Origin: Guillardia theta CCMP2712
Taxonomy: Eukaryota > Protista > Cryptophyta
Reading direction: 5' to 3'
Length of the DNA stretch: 64,000 bases
NCBI RefSeq assembly: GCF_000315625.1
Contig: NW_005434664.1
Coordinates: 855,662 to 919,661 of the forward strand
How positions within the stretch are numbered: position 1 is the first letter of the stretch; every line of letters begins with the position of its first letter. Made by a program: the position numbers and the translations under genes. The notes under the pieces were generated by a model. The model saw nothing but the letters and a program-made list of their open reading frames with translations, had not been told where the DNA came from and did no database searches. Positions 35,388 through 47,922 of the stretch are shown here, one piece after another.

Positions 35388-38300
35388 ATGGCGGGAGACG
35401 AGCGGGGGGAGGGACTGGAGGAGCGATGCACGGAGAGAGGCATGTTCTACCGCGTCTCCCGCTCCAACACTCCCGTGATGGACTTCGACTCGAGGCTGTC
35501 CTTGTCCAAACTGCGATCTCACTTCCAATCCCCTAGCGCTACTCCCCGCACCATGGTGACGACGAGCAGGTCGGTAGACAATACAGACGTTTCCAACGGA
35601 GATACCTTGAGGAGGAAGACTCTTGTACCGAAGCTCGACACGACGAGGTTCGATTGGATCAACAGCCGTGAGAACCATGAGCATTGAGATGCTCTGCTGT
35701 CGTTGACTTCATTCAAGAGCTGGAGGGTCTGAGATACAAACACCTACGGCATCTCCCCGTGACGACTCGCCGATGGATGGTATGGCGGATGGAATCAGCA
35801 TACTTTCTATGACTCTACCCGTGTCAGGAATGGAAAAATACAAACGATCGGCCGCAGACGGCAAGATCCTCAAGTAGACAAGAGGAGCTACGGTTGTGGT
35901 CTGACCTGAATCGCAGGGCAGTCCCAACCAACAACAAGTCGAGCAGAGGCAGTAAAAGTCTAGCGATGCGACGAGATGACGCTTGTTTCAGATGAAGACA
36001 GCTCGATCTGATGGGTCTTCCTTGTTGCATTACGAGCAGAGGAAGATAAAGCTGAGCAACAACATCGTTGAGAAGGTAAATTGGGGAGAGCAAAGAAGTC
36101 TCTTTACGCGTACGCCTCGATCAGTTTCAGATGGAGATCGAGGAGTTGGAGAGGAAGATGAATGCTCTCATGGACGAGTCTGACGCCTGTTCCATGCCAA
36201 TCATCGTGTTGACGACTTGATAGGAGGAACGTGTTGGAAGAGAAATGCATTTCCCTGCAGGGTGTGCTCAAGGTCAAGGACGACGAAGTGATTGTATGCC
36301 TTGCAGGAACTGAGTTGCTGTCTGCTTGTGATGTCGATCACTAGGAATTAACAAGACTCAACAAGAAGATCTTGTTCATGCTCGGTAGACGTGAAGGGAG
36401 AGGGGCAAGCTGTTGTCTTGATCGCGTTGTAAAAGGGATGAGAGAAGGAGAAATTGCGGACCTGTACACTCGCATCGAGAAGAATGAAGTGATGCTGTTC
36501 CGACAGAGATTGTGATCTTCATCATAACGTCATCGCAGGACGATCTTCTCTTCTTCGAGCCTGCTCCAGGGTCAGCAGCTCGTTCAAGTTCACCATATTT
36601 CAACGACATCGATTACAGGTACGAGGCCCTCAACTGCGTCGATGGCATGACAGGAACATGTTAGTGCAAAGAAGATGAACAAGGACTTGGTCGATCTCGA
36701 AAGAGATCTCCAAGTCAAGATCAGATACAGTGACAGGATGCAAACGCTCGTCTCAAACGCTGCTGACCTGGCGAGGCAGCGGGTAGAGTTTGAGGCGGCG
36801 AATCGTCCGGTGAGCTGCTAGGGGCAAAGGACTTCACTGACACGCGATCCATCCAGACCTTTGCAGAGGCGCAGAGTCAGACAGTCTGCGACGCCAAGGA
36901 CGTTGAGGTGTTTGACGTCTGATCGAGTCTCGTTGGACTGAACGTGTGTGATGAAGATGCTGTTTGCCGTGGAGGAAGTGACGAGTCAATCCGAAGATCC
37001 GGAAGATGTCAGCACTTGTTTGTTTCTAGTCCTGCCAGCTGATTGAAAGCTTCTCAGATGATGAACTTGATTCGAAAAGAACATCAGTCTAGACGCTTTC
37101 ACGCTGGCGTTCCGCGAGCCTTCAGGGTATGATGGAAGAGCTCGTTCCGGTGATTGAGATTGCATGTCAGAATGTGGTCATGGATTCAAGATCGTGGTTT
37201 GCTCAAAGGGTGAGTAGCTGCTGTCTTTTCTGATGTGAAAGTTCCAGTTCTAGGAAGATGTAATCTTATCCACACAGGATGCTCGGGAGGCAACGATAAA
37301 GATGAAGAAGGAACAACTCGACGCACAGATCATGGTCTACTACTTCACCAAGGTCCCTGACGGCTCTGCAACATGTCGTGACATTCACAAAAACTCAACC
37401 AGAGAGATTGCGACGTCAACGACGAGCTCTTGGGCAAAGACAAGTCGTCTTTAACGGGTTGTGCTGCGCCGGCAACTTGGCAGTGGGGCTGAGTGACTAT
37501 GATCGTTGCAGACTTTCTGCTTGAATATCACTTGTACAGGAGCGACAGCAAGGCAGATTGTGATTTAGAGCTGATGGATCTGATCAATCTGCTGAGACAT
37601 GTTGGACCTGTCACCCTCCCACGACGTGCTTACTCTGATGCAGTTCACCCGCCCGGACGAGCACGCCCGAGTCTCTCATGCTCGCATCTTCGCGCGGTTG
37701 AGTGGGATGAGGTAGGAGGAGGAGGAGGAGGAGGAGGAGGAGGAGGAGGAGGAGGAGGTGATAGTCCGCAGCTTGTCGGGGAAGGAGGGGACTGCTCTGC
37801 CGCAAGAGACTCTTGAGTTCGTTCTGGATGTTGTGTACTTCCTGCACGAGTTCTATGGGGAGCAGGTGGCGGGTCTGATGTGGAGGTGTGAGCGGTGATG
37901 GTGGCGAGTAGATGAGACGGGCTGCCATGTCTGCAAGGCAGAGGGCAGAGACGAAGGCGCTGAAGGATGTAGAGATCTTTGCCAACAGGACGAGGAAGGT
38001 CTCTCCCGCTAGCAATCTCTTCGTGGCAGCGTACAAGGAGAAGGAGAAGATCATGTTCAAGAAATCCTTGGTGAAGTCATCGAGCCCGGTGCTTCTCCTC
38101 GCCCTCAAGGCCGGCAGGTGTGCCGGGTGGTCAAGGAGGCCCTGCTGCTGAGGGCGAACATCGTCTGGAGCCAAGGGGACAACCTCTCGTTCCATGAGGC
38201 GAACAGGTCCCGGCTAGAAAGTCTCGACGTTACTCACGGTCGAGCTGCAGGCTGATGAACTTGGAGCAGGCGCTTGATTTCTCCATCTCTCATTACGAAG

Positions 38301-39200
38301 CTGTGCAAACCTTTGCCAGACCGCAAGGCTAGACTCACTTGTTGTGCAGGTGAGGACGATGAGAAGAAGGGCTCTGATGGATAAGTACAAGAACTACATG
38401 TACATCTGCTCTTCACTTGCACAAGAACCATGATGAGCTCGTGGTTCAGCGATGGAGAGGGGGTGATAACATGCAAACAATTCCATTCAATCATGCAGGA
38501 GATCGACAACGAGGTCCCCGAGGCTCAAGTACCGACAGCTGCTTGCGTTGCAGCTCCTTGCTCAACTTCCTGCCGCAGATTGATCGAATGTTCCGCAAGA
38601 TAGCAGTGGAGTCAGGGCCGACCAACTTGATAGATGCTGAGGTGTCGCCCCTTTCTTGACCTCAACCGCCAGTCATTCTTCTCCTGTCATGGTAGGTCTT
38701 CTGTGATGTGCTGCAAGAGAACAAGTTCGACCGACCGGCAGAGATCGGAGTCAAGGTTCTCCTGCTGCTGCTCCTCGTTCTCTTCTTCCTCTCCTCTCCT
38801 CTCCTCTCCTCTCCTCTCCTCTCTCCTCTCCTCTCCTCTCCTCTCCTCTCCTCTCCTCTCCTCTCCTCTCCTCTCCTCTCCTCTCCTCTCCTCTCTTCTC
38901 TCCTCTCCTCTCCTCTCCTCTCCTTGACTGCTCCTGTTGTCAGGTGGTCAACCCGTATGTGTATACCCGGAAGCAGCCCGTGGAAGTTGTTGAAACTGAG
39001 AAAGTGACTGCGAAGAAGAAGGGGAAGGGAAAGACCAAGGTGAGATGTTGATCTTGTACGCACATGACATGATCTCGTCGTAGGTTAAGGAGAAAACGGC
39101 GGAGGAGCAAGATGAAGTTCATGCAGGGGTGAGGAAGGAGATGCGAGTTTCATGCTGTTGATGTGTGAGTCTGATGACTCAGGAAGAGACCGTGACGTGA
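35388..39200 (+). CDS. Multi-exon hypothetical coiled-coil protein
   Basis: About 20 short exons separated by ~45-60 nt GT-AG introns (e.g. DAREATIKMKKEQLDAQIMVYYFTK, IDRMFRKIAVESGPTNLIDAE); ends EETVT* at 39200. Confidence 0.55.
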
Positions 39201-39532
39201 AGAGCTGCCATGTTGTTTGCACCAAGACAAGATGGGGAATAACAGTTGTGTTGTAAGTTGCATGAAACATTCACTTGTCAACCAATCATGTCAACAAACA
39301 ACATTTTCCTTCGATCAAAGTTTGCCGTCCTTTGTCACGATCTTCTCATAAATGTGCGGGAAAGCATCGTCGGCATTGTACCTGCGAGGAAACATCTCAG
39401 TTGTCTGCCTCCCTCCTCCATCCACGTTAAAATAAACTGATCCTCCTCCTCCTACCTCCTCCTCCTCTTCCCCATCCCCCCCCATGTTCTTCCTCCTCTT
39501 CCTCCCACCTCCTGCATTAGAAGGCTGACATA

Positions 39533-39791
39533 ATGAACTGGAAGGCCTATGGCTCATTGCGAGTGTGGGACACGGACGTTCACATCTGTCAGTATGTGAA
39601 ACCCGCTCTCCGGGGTATCGGGGGAGTGATCAAGAGCAGGTGGGGAGATTTCAGAGTAACAGAAAGGCGGTTGGAGGATAACTCTTGCGCTGAAATTACG
39701 GACCTGTCATGCCAAGTGAAAGGAGAGCGAGGGAAGTTCCTGAAGTTTGTGCTGTACAAAGCGGGAAGGGATACCTTCGAGATGGTCAGGA
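39533..39791 (+). CDS. TruD/PUS7-family pseudouridine synthase, N-terminal fragment
   Basis: ICQYV...IGGVIKSRWGDFRVTE and FLKFVLYKAGRDT match the PUS7/TruD N-terminus; truncated by the gap. Confidence 0.75.
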
Positions 39792-40623
39792 NNNNNNNNN
39801 NNNNNNNNNNNNNNNNNNNNNNNNNNNNNNNNNNNNNNNNNNNNNNNNNNNNNNNNNNNNNNNNNNNNNNNNNNNNNNNNNNNNNNNNNNNNNNNNNNNN
39901 NNNNNNNNNNNNNNNNNNNNNNNNNNNNNNNNNNNNNNNNNNNNNNNNNNNNNNNNNNNNNNNNNNNNNNNNNNNNNNNNNNNNNNNNNNNNNNNNNNNN
40001 NNNNNNNNNNNNNNNNNNNNNNNNNNNNNNNNNNNNNNNNNNNNNNNNNNNNNNNNNNNNNNNNNNNNNNNNNNNNNNNNNNNNNNNNNNNNNNNNNNNN
40101 NNNNNNNNNNNNNNNNNNNNNNNNNNNNNNNNNNNNNNNNNNNNNNNNNNNNNNNNNNNNNNNNNNNNNNNNNNNNNNNNNNNNNNNNNNNNNNNNNNNN
40201 NNNNNNNNNNNNNNNNNNNNNNNNNNNNNNNNNNNNNNNNNNNNNNNNNNNNNNNNNNNNNNNNNNNNNNNNNNNNNNNNNNNNNNNNNNNNNNNNNNNN
40301 NNNNNNNNNNNNNNNNNNNNNNNNNNNNNNNNNNNNNNNNNNNNNNNNNNNNNNNNNNNNNNNNNNNNNNNNNNNNNNNNNNNNNNNNNNNNNNNNNNNN
40401 NNNNNNNNNNNNNNNNNNNNNNNNNNNNNNNNNNNNNNNNNNNNNNNNNNNNNNNNNNNNNNNNNNNNNNNNNNNNNNNNNNNNNNNNNNNNNNNNNNNN
40501 NNNNNNNNNNNNNNNNNNNNNNNNNNNNNNNNNNNNNNNNNNNNNNNNNNNNNNNNNNNNNNNNNNNNNNNNNNNNNNNNNNNNNNNNNNNNNNNNNNNN
40601 NNNNNNNNNNNNNNNNNNNNNNN
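39792..40623. other. Assembly gap
   Basis: Run of N. Confidence 1.
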
Positions 40624-41673
40624 ACAGCCCGACGATGAAGGAGTAGATCTTCTCAGATCGTCGTCCAGATAAGCACGACCCTCCTCCCATCGACGATGAG
40701 GGCTATGATGTGGTGGATGAGGACGACGAGCAGGAGGAGGAGGAGGAGGAGGAGGAGGGAGTGGGGGAAAGTAGACGAGGTAGAGGCCAAGGAGGGAGGA
40801 GGGAGGAGGCGACTTGACCTGCCGCGATCATGGCGGAACAAGTAATCTTCGAGAGGGATGACCTCCGAGCACACGCGAGGGTCTCGAATCATTTCGCTCC
40901 TCTGACAAAGAATGTCAGTTGTCTCCTTCTACCCCTTCCTACTCTCTCCCTCCCCGCAACCTTCCTCCTCTGCACTCCCTCTTCATTCACTGCCTCTCTT
41001 CCCCTATCCACTCCTCCTCTTCGTCCTTTCCCCTCCTTGCCGACCCTTCTCCTCCCCTTCCCATCCTCCTCCTCCCTCTTCAATCTCCGCTGCCAGTTCT
41101 TTCACACCTTCTTCTGCACGTGGCGGAAGTACCATGGGTGGTAAAACTTGTCCAACCGCCGAACCTCTCCGAAGATTCCTGGGCCGACATGAGCGTTTCC
41201 TCCTCCTCCTCCTCCTCCTCCTCCTCCTCCTCCTCGATCATAGCGGTCAGACCTGACTCGGCGGATCCTTTGTCAATCATCCTCCCCTCACACGCCACGA
41301 GGCTGGAGGAGCTGAAGCCAATGCCCTGGGAAAGAAGCAATGCGTAAGAGAGGAGGGGAGGGGAGGAGAAAGTTAAGGGGAAGGGGAGAGGAGGAGGGAG
41401 AGGTGGGAGGGAAGCGGAGAGGAGGAGGAGGAGGGGAAGGGAGAAGGGGGAGGTGGGAGGGAAGAGGAGGGGAGGGGAGGGGAGGATAAAGGTAAGGGGA
41501 AGGGGAGAGGAGGAGGGGGAGGTGGGAGGGAACCAATAGTCACCTCGAGGAAGTCAAGCTCTTCTCTCTTCTCTCCAGTTGCTAGATGAAGTGCAAACTC
41601 AAGGACCTGTCGAGTCGTCAGAAGAAAATGAAGCCGGAAGACGAGAGCATGTTGTTGTTGTTGTTGTTGTTGT

Positions 41674-41757
<84 letters not shown>

Positions 41758-43279
41758 TGATGACGATGACGATGACGATGACGATGACAACTTCTCACAT
41801 TGTCGAAGTGTTCGTAGCTCATGGCAACAAACGGCTCAGCACGAACGAGTTTGATGGTCACGGCTGTGATGACGCCCAGGGTCCCGTAAGAGCCAGGGAG
41901 AGCGAAGAAGAGGTCGGAGAACTGAAACGCTCAAGTCAGACACCAAGTATTACGAATGTCCCCCTCAAATTTGAAAAACTCCTCCTTGAGATTGAAGATC
42001 CTCTCGTTGATTTGATGATTTGAGGACCCCCACCATGAAAACAAGAGCCCTTTCTTCTCACCTCGTTGTCTGCTGTCGCTGTCACGATGTTCCCATCTCC
42101 CAGCACAACCTCCATCCCTGCGATCTGCTGCCCTTTAGAAGTTTGCGCCTCCTGCTCCTGCTCCAGCTCCAGCTCCAGCTCCTGCTCCTGCTCCAGCTCC
42201 TGCTCCAGCTCCTGCTCCTGCTCCCCCCCTCTACCCGCCACTCAATTCGTTCCTGCTCCTGCGGCTCCCCCTCCCTCGTCTCCGTACTCCTCTGCCCCCT
42301 CTTCTGCCTCTTCTGCTTATTGCCAATCTGCCTCCTCCTCTTGCTCCCCTCTTGCTCCCCCTCCCGGTCGCTTCAGCTATTCGTTCTTTCCATCGCCCTC
42401 GCCTCCTCTTCCTCCTCCTCCTCTTTCATACCGAATCATGGAAGAAGCCATGGCGGAAGCTTCCAGACTCTCCTGCGATCCCTGCGATCGCTCCCCCTAC
42501 CGTGATGTGCCGAAACTAACAGCAAAACAGTCATTTCTTCGATCAAACCGTAGTCTCCTCCTCTTGTCCCTTCCATCCTCCCTCTCCCCTTCCTCCTGCT
42601 CCTCCTCCCACCTCGGGCACCACAGGAGGAACAACTCCATAAGGGAGAGTAGCGCGAACCTGACGAATGCTGTCAGACTAGAAACCACAGACGGAAAGCA
42701 GGAGAGAAGATAAGGAAGAGGAAAGAGAAGAGCAAAGGGAGCATCAGCATTAGAAAAGAAGATGAAGGAGGAGACGAGCAGAGACAGCAAAAGGCACGAG
42801 GGGAAAGAAAACGAAAACATCCAAGGAGGCAGGGTGAGGGGAGCATGGGGGAACGGAACCAGGGACTGCATCGTGACTCGTGGCTCAACGAGGGCTAGCC
42901 AGCCGTCCTCCGTCTCCTGCACGCCGATGACTCCGTCCATACCCAGCAGGTCAACTTGAAGGGTCCCATCCTTGTAGGACGAGTCGCGCGGGCAGTGCGA
43001 CTCGCCTCCTCGTCTCTTCATCGTGATGCGCTGGTCGGGCCTGCGCTTGCCCACCGCCTCTGCGATCCTGCGTACATCCTCCGAGTGCTGCTCTAGAGAT
43101 TTCCTCTTCACTCCACTCCCCTCCTCCTCCTCCTCCTCCCTCAGGCTGGACGCCTTATCCCCTCCCTCCTCAAAGAGGCTCTTCCACGCCGCCGCCATTG
43201 CCGACACCGTCCCGCGCCTGCCGAAGGGGATGCCTTCCTTGCGGAAGTCTCGCTCCTCCTCTCCCGTCACCACCGCCAT
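40624..43279 (-). CDS. FAD-binding delta(24)-sterol reductase (DHCR24/DWF1-like), partial
   Basis: Spliced motifs VEPRVTM, PVVPEFRHITVGGAIAGIAGESGSFRHGFFH, EVVLGDG, DLFFALPGSYGTLG, FYHPWYFRHV and IPLEDYLFRHDRG; 3' end in the gap. Confidence 0.85.
41650..41788. repeat. Compound intronic microsatellite (TGT)n-(GAT)n-(GAC/GAT)n
   Basis: Direct inspection; lies in a DHCR24-like intron. Confidence 0.9.
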
Positions 43280-43316
43280 CGTTGCTCGCGCGATTCTTGC
43301 TACAGCTACGGCAGGG

Positions 43317-44708
43317 CTAGCCTGGCATGAGAGACCGGAGTGAGAAGAAGGCGGAACAAAGGTTGAGGAAGAGGAAGGGGGAGAAGCGATCATGGAGGGG
43401 GGGGAAATTTGATGTGGAAGAGAAAGCAAAGATAGAATGACCGGGTAACGGAGGGAACACTACATCGGAGAGAGGGGAAGGAACGAAGAGATGAGAGGGA
43501 GGAAGGGAAAGGTCGGTTCCAAAGGAGTGAAGAGGAGGGGGAGGGAGAGAGCGTGGGTTTCCAGGCATCACCGCGATACGAGCTGCATTGGTCACAACTT
43601 TCTTCGTCCTTGAAGTCTGACTGACAGTTGGGCTGGCACGTGTGGGACCATTCTCTGCCTTCAACTCGCTCTCCTCCTCGACCCTCGGGGGGTTCCCCTT
43701 GAACACTACCTCACCCGTCTCGTCATCGATGATCATGCAGAACTTCCCGTCGTCGGTCATCTCTGGTTGCCGTAGGATCCTTCCTCGCCACTCGAACACA
43801 TCGGGGCGATCCTTAACAGGCTCGCTCTCCTTAAGGATAGAGCGCCAGATCTCTTGCTCGATCCCCTCCTCCACGGGGATCAGATCGTCCTCCTGTGAGG
43901 CCTCGGACGTCACGCTCCGGGTCCTCGACGGGTTCTCGCTCGTTCCCACATCCAAGTGCTCCTCAAGTATGCGCACCACCTGCTCCTTCCTCATCATCGC
44001 CGCCTGCTTGACAACATTCCTGCCATAGCGATCCATGGCCTCCGGATTTGCTCCCTTGCTCAGGAGAAGCTTCACCAGCTCAGCTGAGCCCGAGCAGGCA
44101 GCTTGCATCAACGCTGTTCTCCCGTTGTAAGTCTTGCCGATACCCTCCACGTCCGCCCCAGCTGCCAGCAGCATCACCGCCGCCTTCAGGTCCTGCTGCA
44201 TCACTGCGAGCATGAGGGCAGTGCGCCCGAACTCGTCCGTCGCATCTGGACTCGCTCCCAGCTGCAGGATCATCTCGATCATGTCTTCTCCTCCTCCCAG
44301 CTGCACAGCCTTGCAGAGTGCGAAGTTGGCACTCACCACATCAGCCTGGATCATGTCTTGAATCACGAGCAGGTCGTTGAGCTTGATCGCGTTCTGCAGC
44401 TCCATGCTCACTGCATTCTGCTGTATGTCGTCTGTCTGGCCCGATCCTGGCCTGATCATCATGCTCGGCATCGATGATCTCCTGACGCGCAGACCTCTTG
44501 GAGTCGGAGCTGGAGGGCGAGGACGAACGGCAGCCGCACGGTGTACTGGCGAACTGATCCGCAGGCCAGCTGGCGCGAAGGAGGAGACACTGTGGCAGGA
44601 TAGGAAGACCACGGCCGTTACCACCAGAAAATCTCTTCCTCTCGACATGATTGAGAGTCTCGGTCGCTGCATCCTCTTCATCGGGACCCCGCCGCTCGAG
44701 CCTTCCAT
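43317..44708 (-). CDS. Plastid-targeted ankyrin-repeat protein
   Basis: DFLVVTAVVFLSCHSVSS-FAP signal/Phe motif, then an Arg/Ser/Pro transit peptide; ankyrins GRTALMLAV and GRTALMQAA. Start is likely one of the ATGs at 44708-44648. Confidence 0.8.
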   Translation of the reverse strand: MEGSSGGVPMKRMQRPRLSIMSRGRDFLVVTAVVFLSCHSVSSFAPAGLRISSPVHRAAAVRPRPPAPTPRGLRVRRSSMPSMMIRPGSGQTDDIQQNAVSMELQNAIKLNDLLVIQDMIQADVVSANFALCKAVQLGGGEDMIEMILQLGASPDATDEFGRTALMLAVMQQDLKAAVMLLAAGADVEGIGKTYNGRTALMQAACSGSAELVKLLLSKGANPEAMDRYGRNVVKQAAMMRKEQVVRILEEHLDVGTSENPSRTRSVTSEASQEDDLIPVEEGIEQEIWRSILKESEPVKDRPDVFEWRGRILRQPEMTDDGKFCMIIDDETGEVVFKGNPPRVEEESELKAENGPTRASPTVSQTSRTKKVVTNAARIAVMPGNPRSLPPPPLHSFGTDLSLPPSHLFVPSPLSDVVFPPLPGHSIFAFSSTSNFPPLHDRFSPFLFLNLCSAFFSLRSLMPG

Positions 44709-44959
44709 GGCAGCGAGTGGCTTCAGGTCGGCAGCTAGGTCACTCGAGCAGAACCTGGAGCGAGCAGAGCAGGAAGACAGGAGGCTTCCTTCAGAAGGAG
44801 AGCGGAGAATCCATGATGTCTCAGCATGATCCTTCCCCCGTCGCGCTTCCTCCTCCTCGCACCTTGCGCGCGCCTCTCCCGCCATGTTGGGCGTCGCCCC
44901 GACGGGCCTGTGAGTAACAAAATATTTAGTTAATCTGTTTTCAGTAGTTAATCCACTAT

Positions 44960-45460
44960 GGTCATAATTACTCACTGAATGAGGTTGGCCTGGCACGCCG
45001 TGCGGCAGTGACGACCCGGCCCGGCCCGGCGAACCCGGCCCGCCGGGCCGGCGTTGAGCGCCGGGCGGCCGGGCGGCGGCGGCCGGTCAACCCGGTGACC
45101 GGACGGACCGGGGTTCACGCCCCGTGCCGGGCGGCCGGCCGCGCCGGGGGGCCCTCAGGGCCTGCGCACTGCCGCCGTGCGACGGTCGGACTGTGACCGT
45201 CGGACTCGTCCGTCAACCATTGAACCCGGCGCGCGGCGCGCGGCGGGGGACTTGCCAGTGAGAGTCCTGCGCGCAGCCTGGCAAGTTAAGTGAAGGTATC
45301 CGTTACTAAGTTTGGGGGACAGCAGTCGGCAGGATTGGGTTTGGTTCTCGCTGTCACACAGTGTCTTTCTCTTCGGGGCTCGCCAGTGTCAGGGTCAAGC
45401 CTCCTCATCTCCTGATTGTCCTCGTACTGATTTTCAACTTAACTTTGAGTAAAGAACCGC
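44960..45460. promoter_or_regulatory. GC-rich intergenic island, class I, copy 4 (between divergent genes)
   Basis: CCGGTGACC, GACCGTCGGACTCG 45195, TTGAACC, ACTAAGTT, and the 24-mer at 45430 shared with 7749. Confidence 0.5.
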
Positions 45461-46077
45461 TCAACGGCAAAAAATTGTACCGAGGAGGAACTAGATGAGT
45501 AATCATTCATTGAATTCCGCAGCCTGCAGTGCGGCCAGACTCTTCGGCGGGCGGCTTGACGAGCTTCGAGCCTCGGGCAACAAACTCGCCCACCCCTCAT
45601 TTCTCACCATGAACGAACCGGTGGTCATCTCAGGATCTCAACTCCTTAGAGGGCCAGGGGTACTTTTTCGGCATGAAAACAGGGGTAGCACATTGATGTC
45701 CAACGGCATTTTCTATTGGTACAAATTTTACAATAATCCAGTACAAATATATTTTATATTGTTACGATGTTTTAAAATATAATTTTATATGTGTACAGGA
45801 AATTATGACTACCCCTGTGTTTATCAGACTTTGTCGTGTCAAAGGTAGGGTGGGGGTGGGGCAAGGGGGGGGGCGAGGGGAAAGGAAATATAGGAGCAGC
45901 CAAGACGGTGCTTACCAAAGGAAACCTCATCCTCCTCTGCTCTACCTCTTTCTAGAGTTCAACCACTCTTCGCTCTACAGCTGTTCTTTGCTCATTGCCT
46001 TGCTTGCTATTCTTCTTTGATCTATTCGATCCTGCAAACAGTACATCACTACTTGTTTTCCCAGTTGCTTTTTGAGA

Positions 46078-47391
46078 ATGTGTGCACACGTTTCTGCTCC
46101 AAAGACGCCCAAGGCTCAGAGGTCTCCACAGGGAGATCGCTTCATCCCCAAGAGAAGTGCCATGGATGGTGAAATGGCCTTCTTCAACTTGTGTGCTAAT
46201 GAAAACTCAAACCCTCAAACCCCGAGTTCGGCCAAGAAGACGCCAGGTAAGGATCAGTACAAGTCGACACTGGCAGACTCGATGGGAATGGGACAGACCA
46301 ACAAGCCTCACAAGATTCTGACGTTGCAGGCCGATGCCCCCAAGCCACCTGAAGGACACTTGAACAGTCAGCGAGTGCTGTACACGCAGAACAAGGTAAG
46401 TGACATGAAGAAGAAGGTGAGCATGCGGTATATCCCCCAGGCGCCAGAGAAGATCCTTGATGCTCCCGAGCTGATGGATGACTACTACCTCAACCTGCTC
46501 GACTGGTCCAGCACCAACATCCTCGCGGTCGCTCTCTCGCAGACCGTCTACCTCTGGAACGCGTCCACTGGCTCCATCGAAGAGCTCTGCACCACGCAAG
46601 GAGAGGACGACTACATCACCTCGGTTGCGTGGGTGCAGGACGGCAACTACATCGGAGTCGGGACGAACAACCAGGAGGTTCAGATCTGGGACGTGGGCGG
46701 CATGCGACAGATTCGCACGATGAAGGGGCACAGAGGGAGGGTGTCGTCACTGGCCTGGAACAGTCACATCCTGAGCAGCGGAAGCAGAGACAGCTCCATC
46801 ATCCACCATGACGTGCGCATTGCTCAGCACGTGACGGCCAGGCTGGAAGGAGCTCACACGCAGGAAGTTTGCGGGCTCAAGTGGTCGTGCAACGGGCAGC
46901 AGTTGGCCTCTGGCGGCAACGACAACATCCTCAACGTGTGGGACATGGGGCAGACCACGCCACGTCATCAGATCTGTCACCACCAGGCTGCCGTGAAGGC
47001 GCTTGCCTGGTGCCCTCATCAGGTAACAAGGCTGTTCCTCTCCTTCCCTCCATCCCTCCTGTTCTTCTCAACAGCTGAGCCCTTCCCATGCTGAGCCCTT
47101 CCCATCCCCCCTTCTTCCTGCCCCTTGTTCTCGTCATGATCAAGTTGGCAGGCGAACCTCTTGGCGTCGGGAGGAGGGACGGCAGACAGGAAGATCTGCT
47201 TCTGGAACACGACGACAGGAGCCCTGCTGCAGGAGGTCGACACTAACTCGCAGGTATGCTCCCTCATGTGGTCCAAGCACGAGAAGGAGATCCTCTCCTC
47301 GCACGGCTTCACGCAGAACCAGTTGACCCTCTGGAAGTATCCTTCCATGGTCAAGGTTGCGGAGCTCACCGGACACCAGGTCAGTGTCTTT

Positions 47392-47429
<38 letters not shown>

Positions 47430-47711
47430 TCTCCTCTCCTTTCTCCCTCCTTTCCCTCCCTACTGCAACAATGCTCCCTCCCCCTCTTTCTCCTCCTCCT
47501 TCTCCTCCTCCTCCTCCTTCTAGATCTGACCATGATACAGAGCCGCGTTCTTCATCTTGCCTGCTCGCCGGACGGCAACACGGTTGTGTCAGGAGCGGCA
47601 GATGAGACTTTGCGCTTCTGGAAAGTGTTTGGCAACGACAGCTCGAAGCTGGACAAGAGCAAGGCTTCGTTCCAGAGCGCCTCGCTCGCTCGCGCCTCAT
47701 CGATCAGGTAA
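46078..47711 (+). CDS. CDC20: APC/C activator Cdc20 (Fizzy), WD40 protein
   Basis: C-box DRFIPKR, Mad2-interaction-like KILTL...[31 protein letters not shown]40 repeats and C-terminal IR tail. Introns 47023-47151 and 47380-47540; true start uncertain. Confidence 0.93.
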
Positions 47712-47922
47712 GTATTTGTTTCTTGTTTGCTAACATGGTTCAGCCTGTCTTGGTTGTTCTCGTCAACATTTTTTGGCTGTTTCTGCTGAGATTGAGCTGG
47801 TTCATAGCCAGCGCAGCCTATCAAGTCAAGAAGGATACCAACGAAGTGAGTGGTAGTTGAAATGATTCATATACAAGAAAAGGGAATAAAGAAACACGTG
47901 ACGATGATAACTTGTACTTCTA

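Noticed and set aside
3864-39791. tRNA-modification cluster (tRNA-Leu, DTWD1-like, PUS7)
   Set aside because: Spread over 36 kb among unrelated genes; no evidence of co-regulation
39533-40690. Long ORFs of 300-379 aa in the track (also 10707-11258)
   Set aside because: Artefacts of reading through N runs
41373-42023. Poly-Asp/His/Met/Ser ORFs (also at 14184-14576, 21000-21090, 52103-52577)
   Set aside because: Translations of intronic trinucleotide microsatellites
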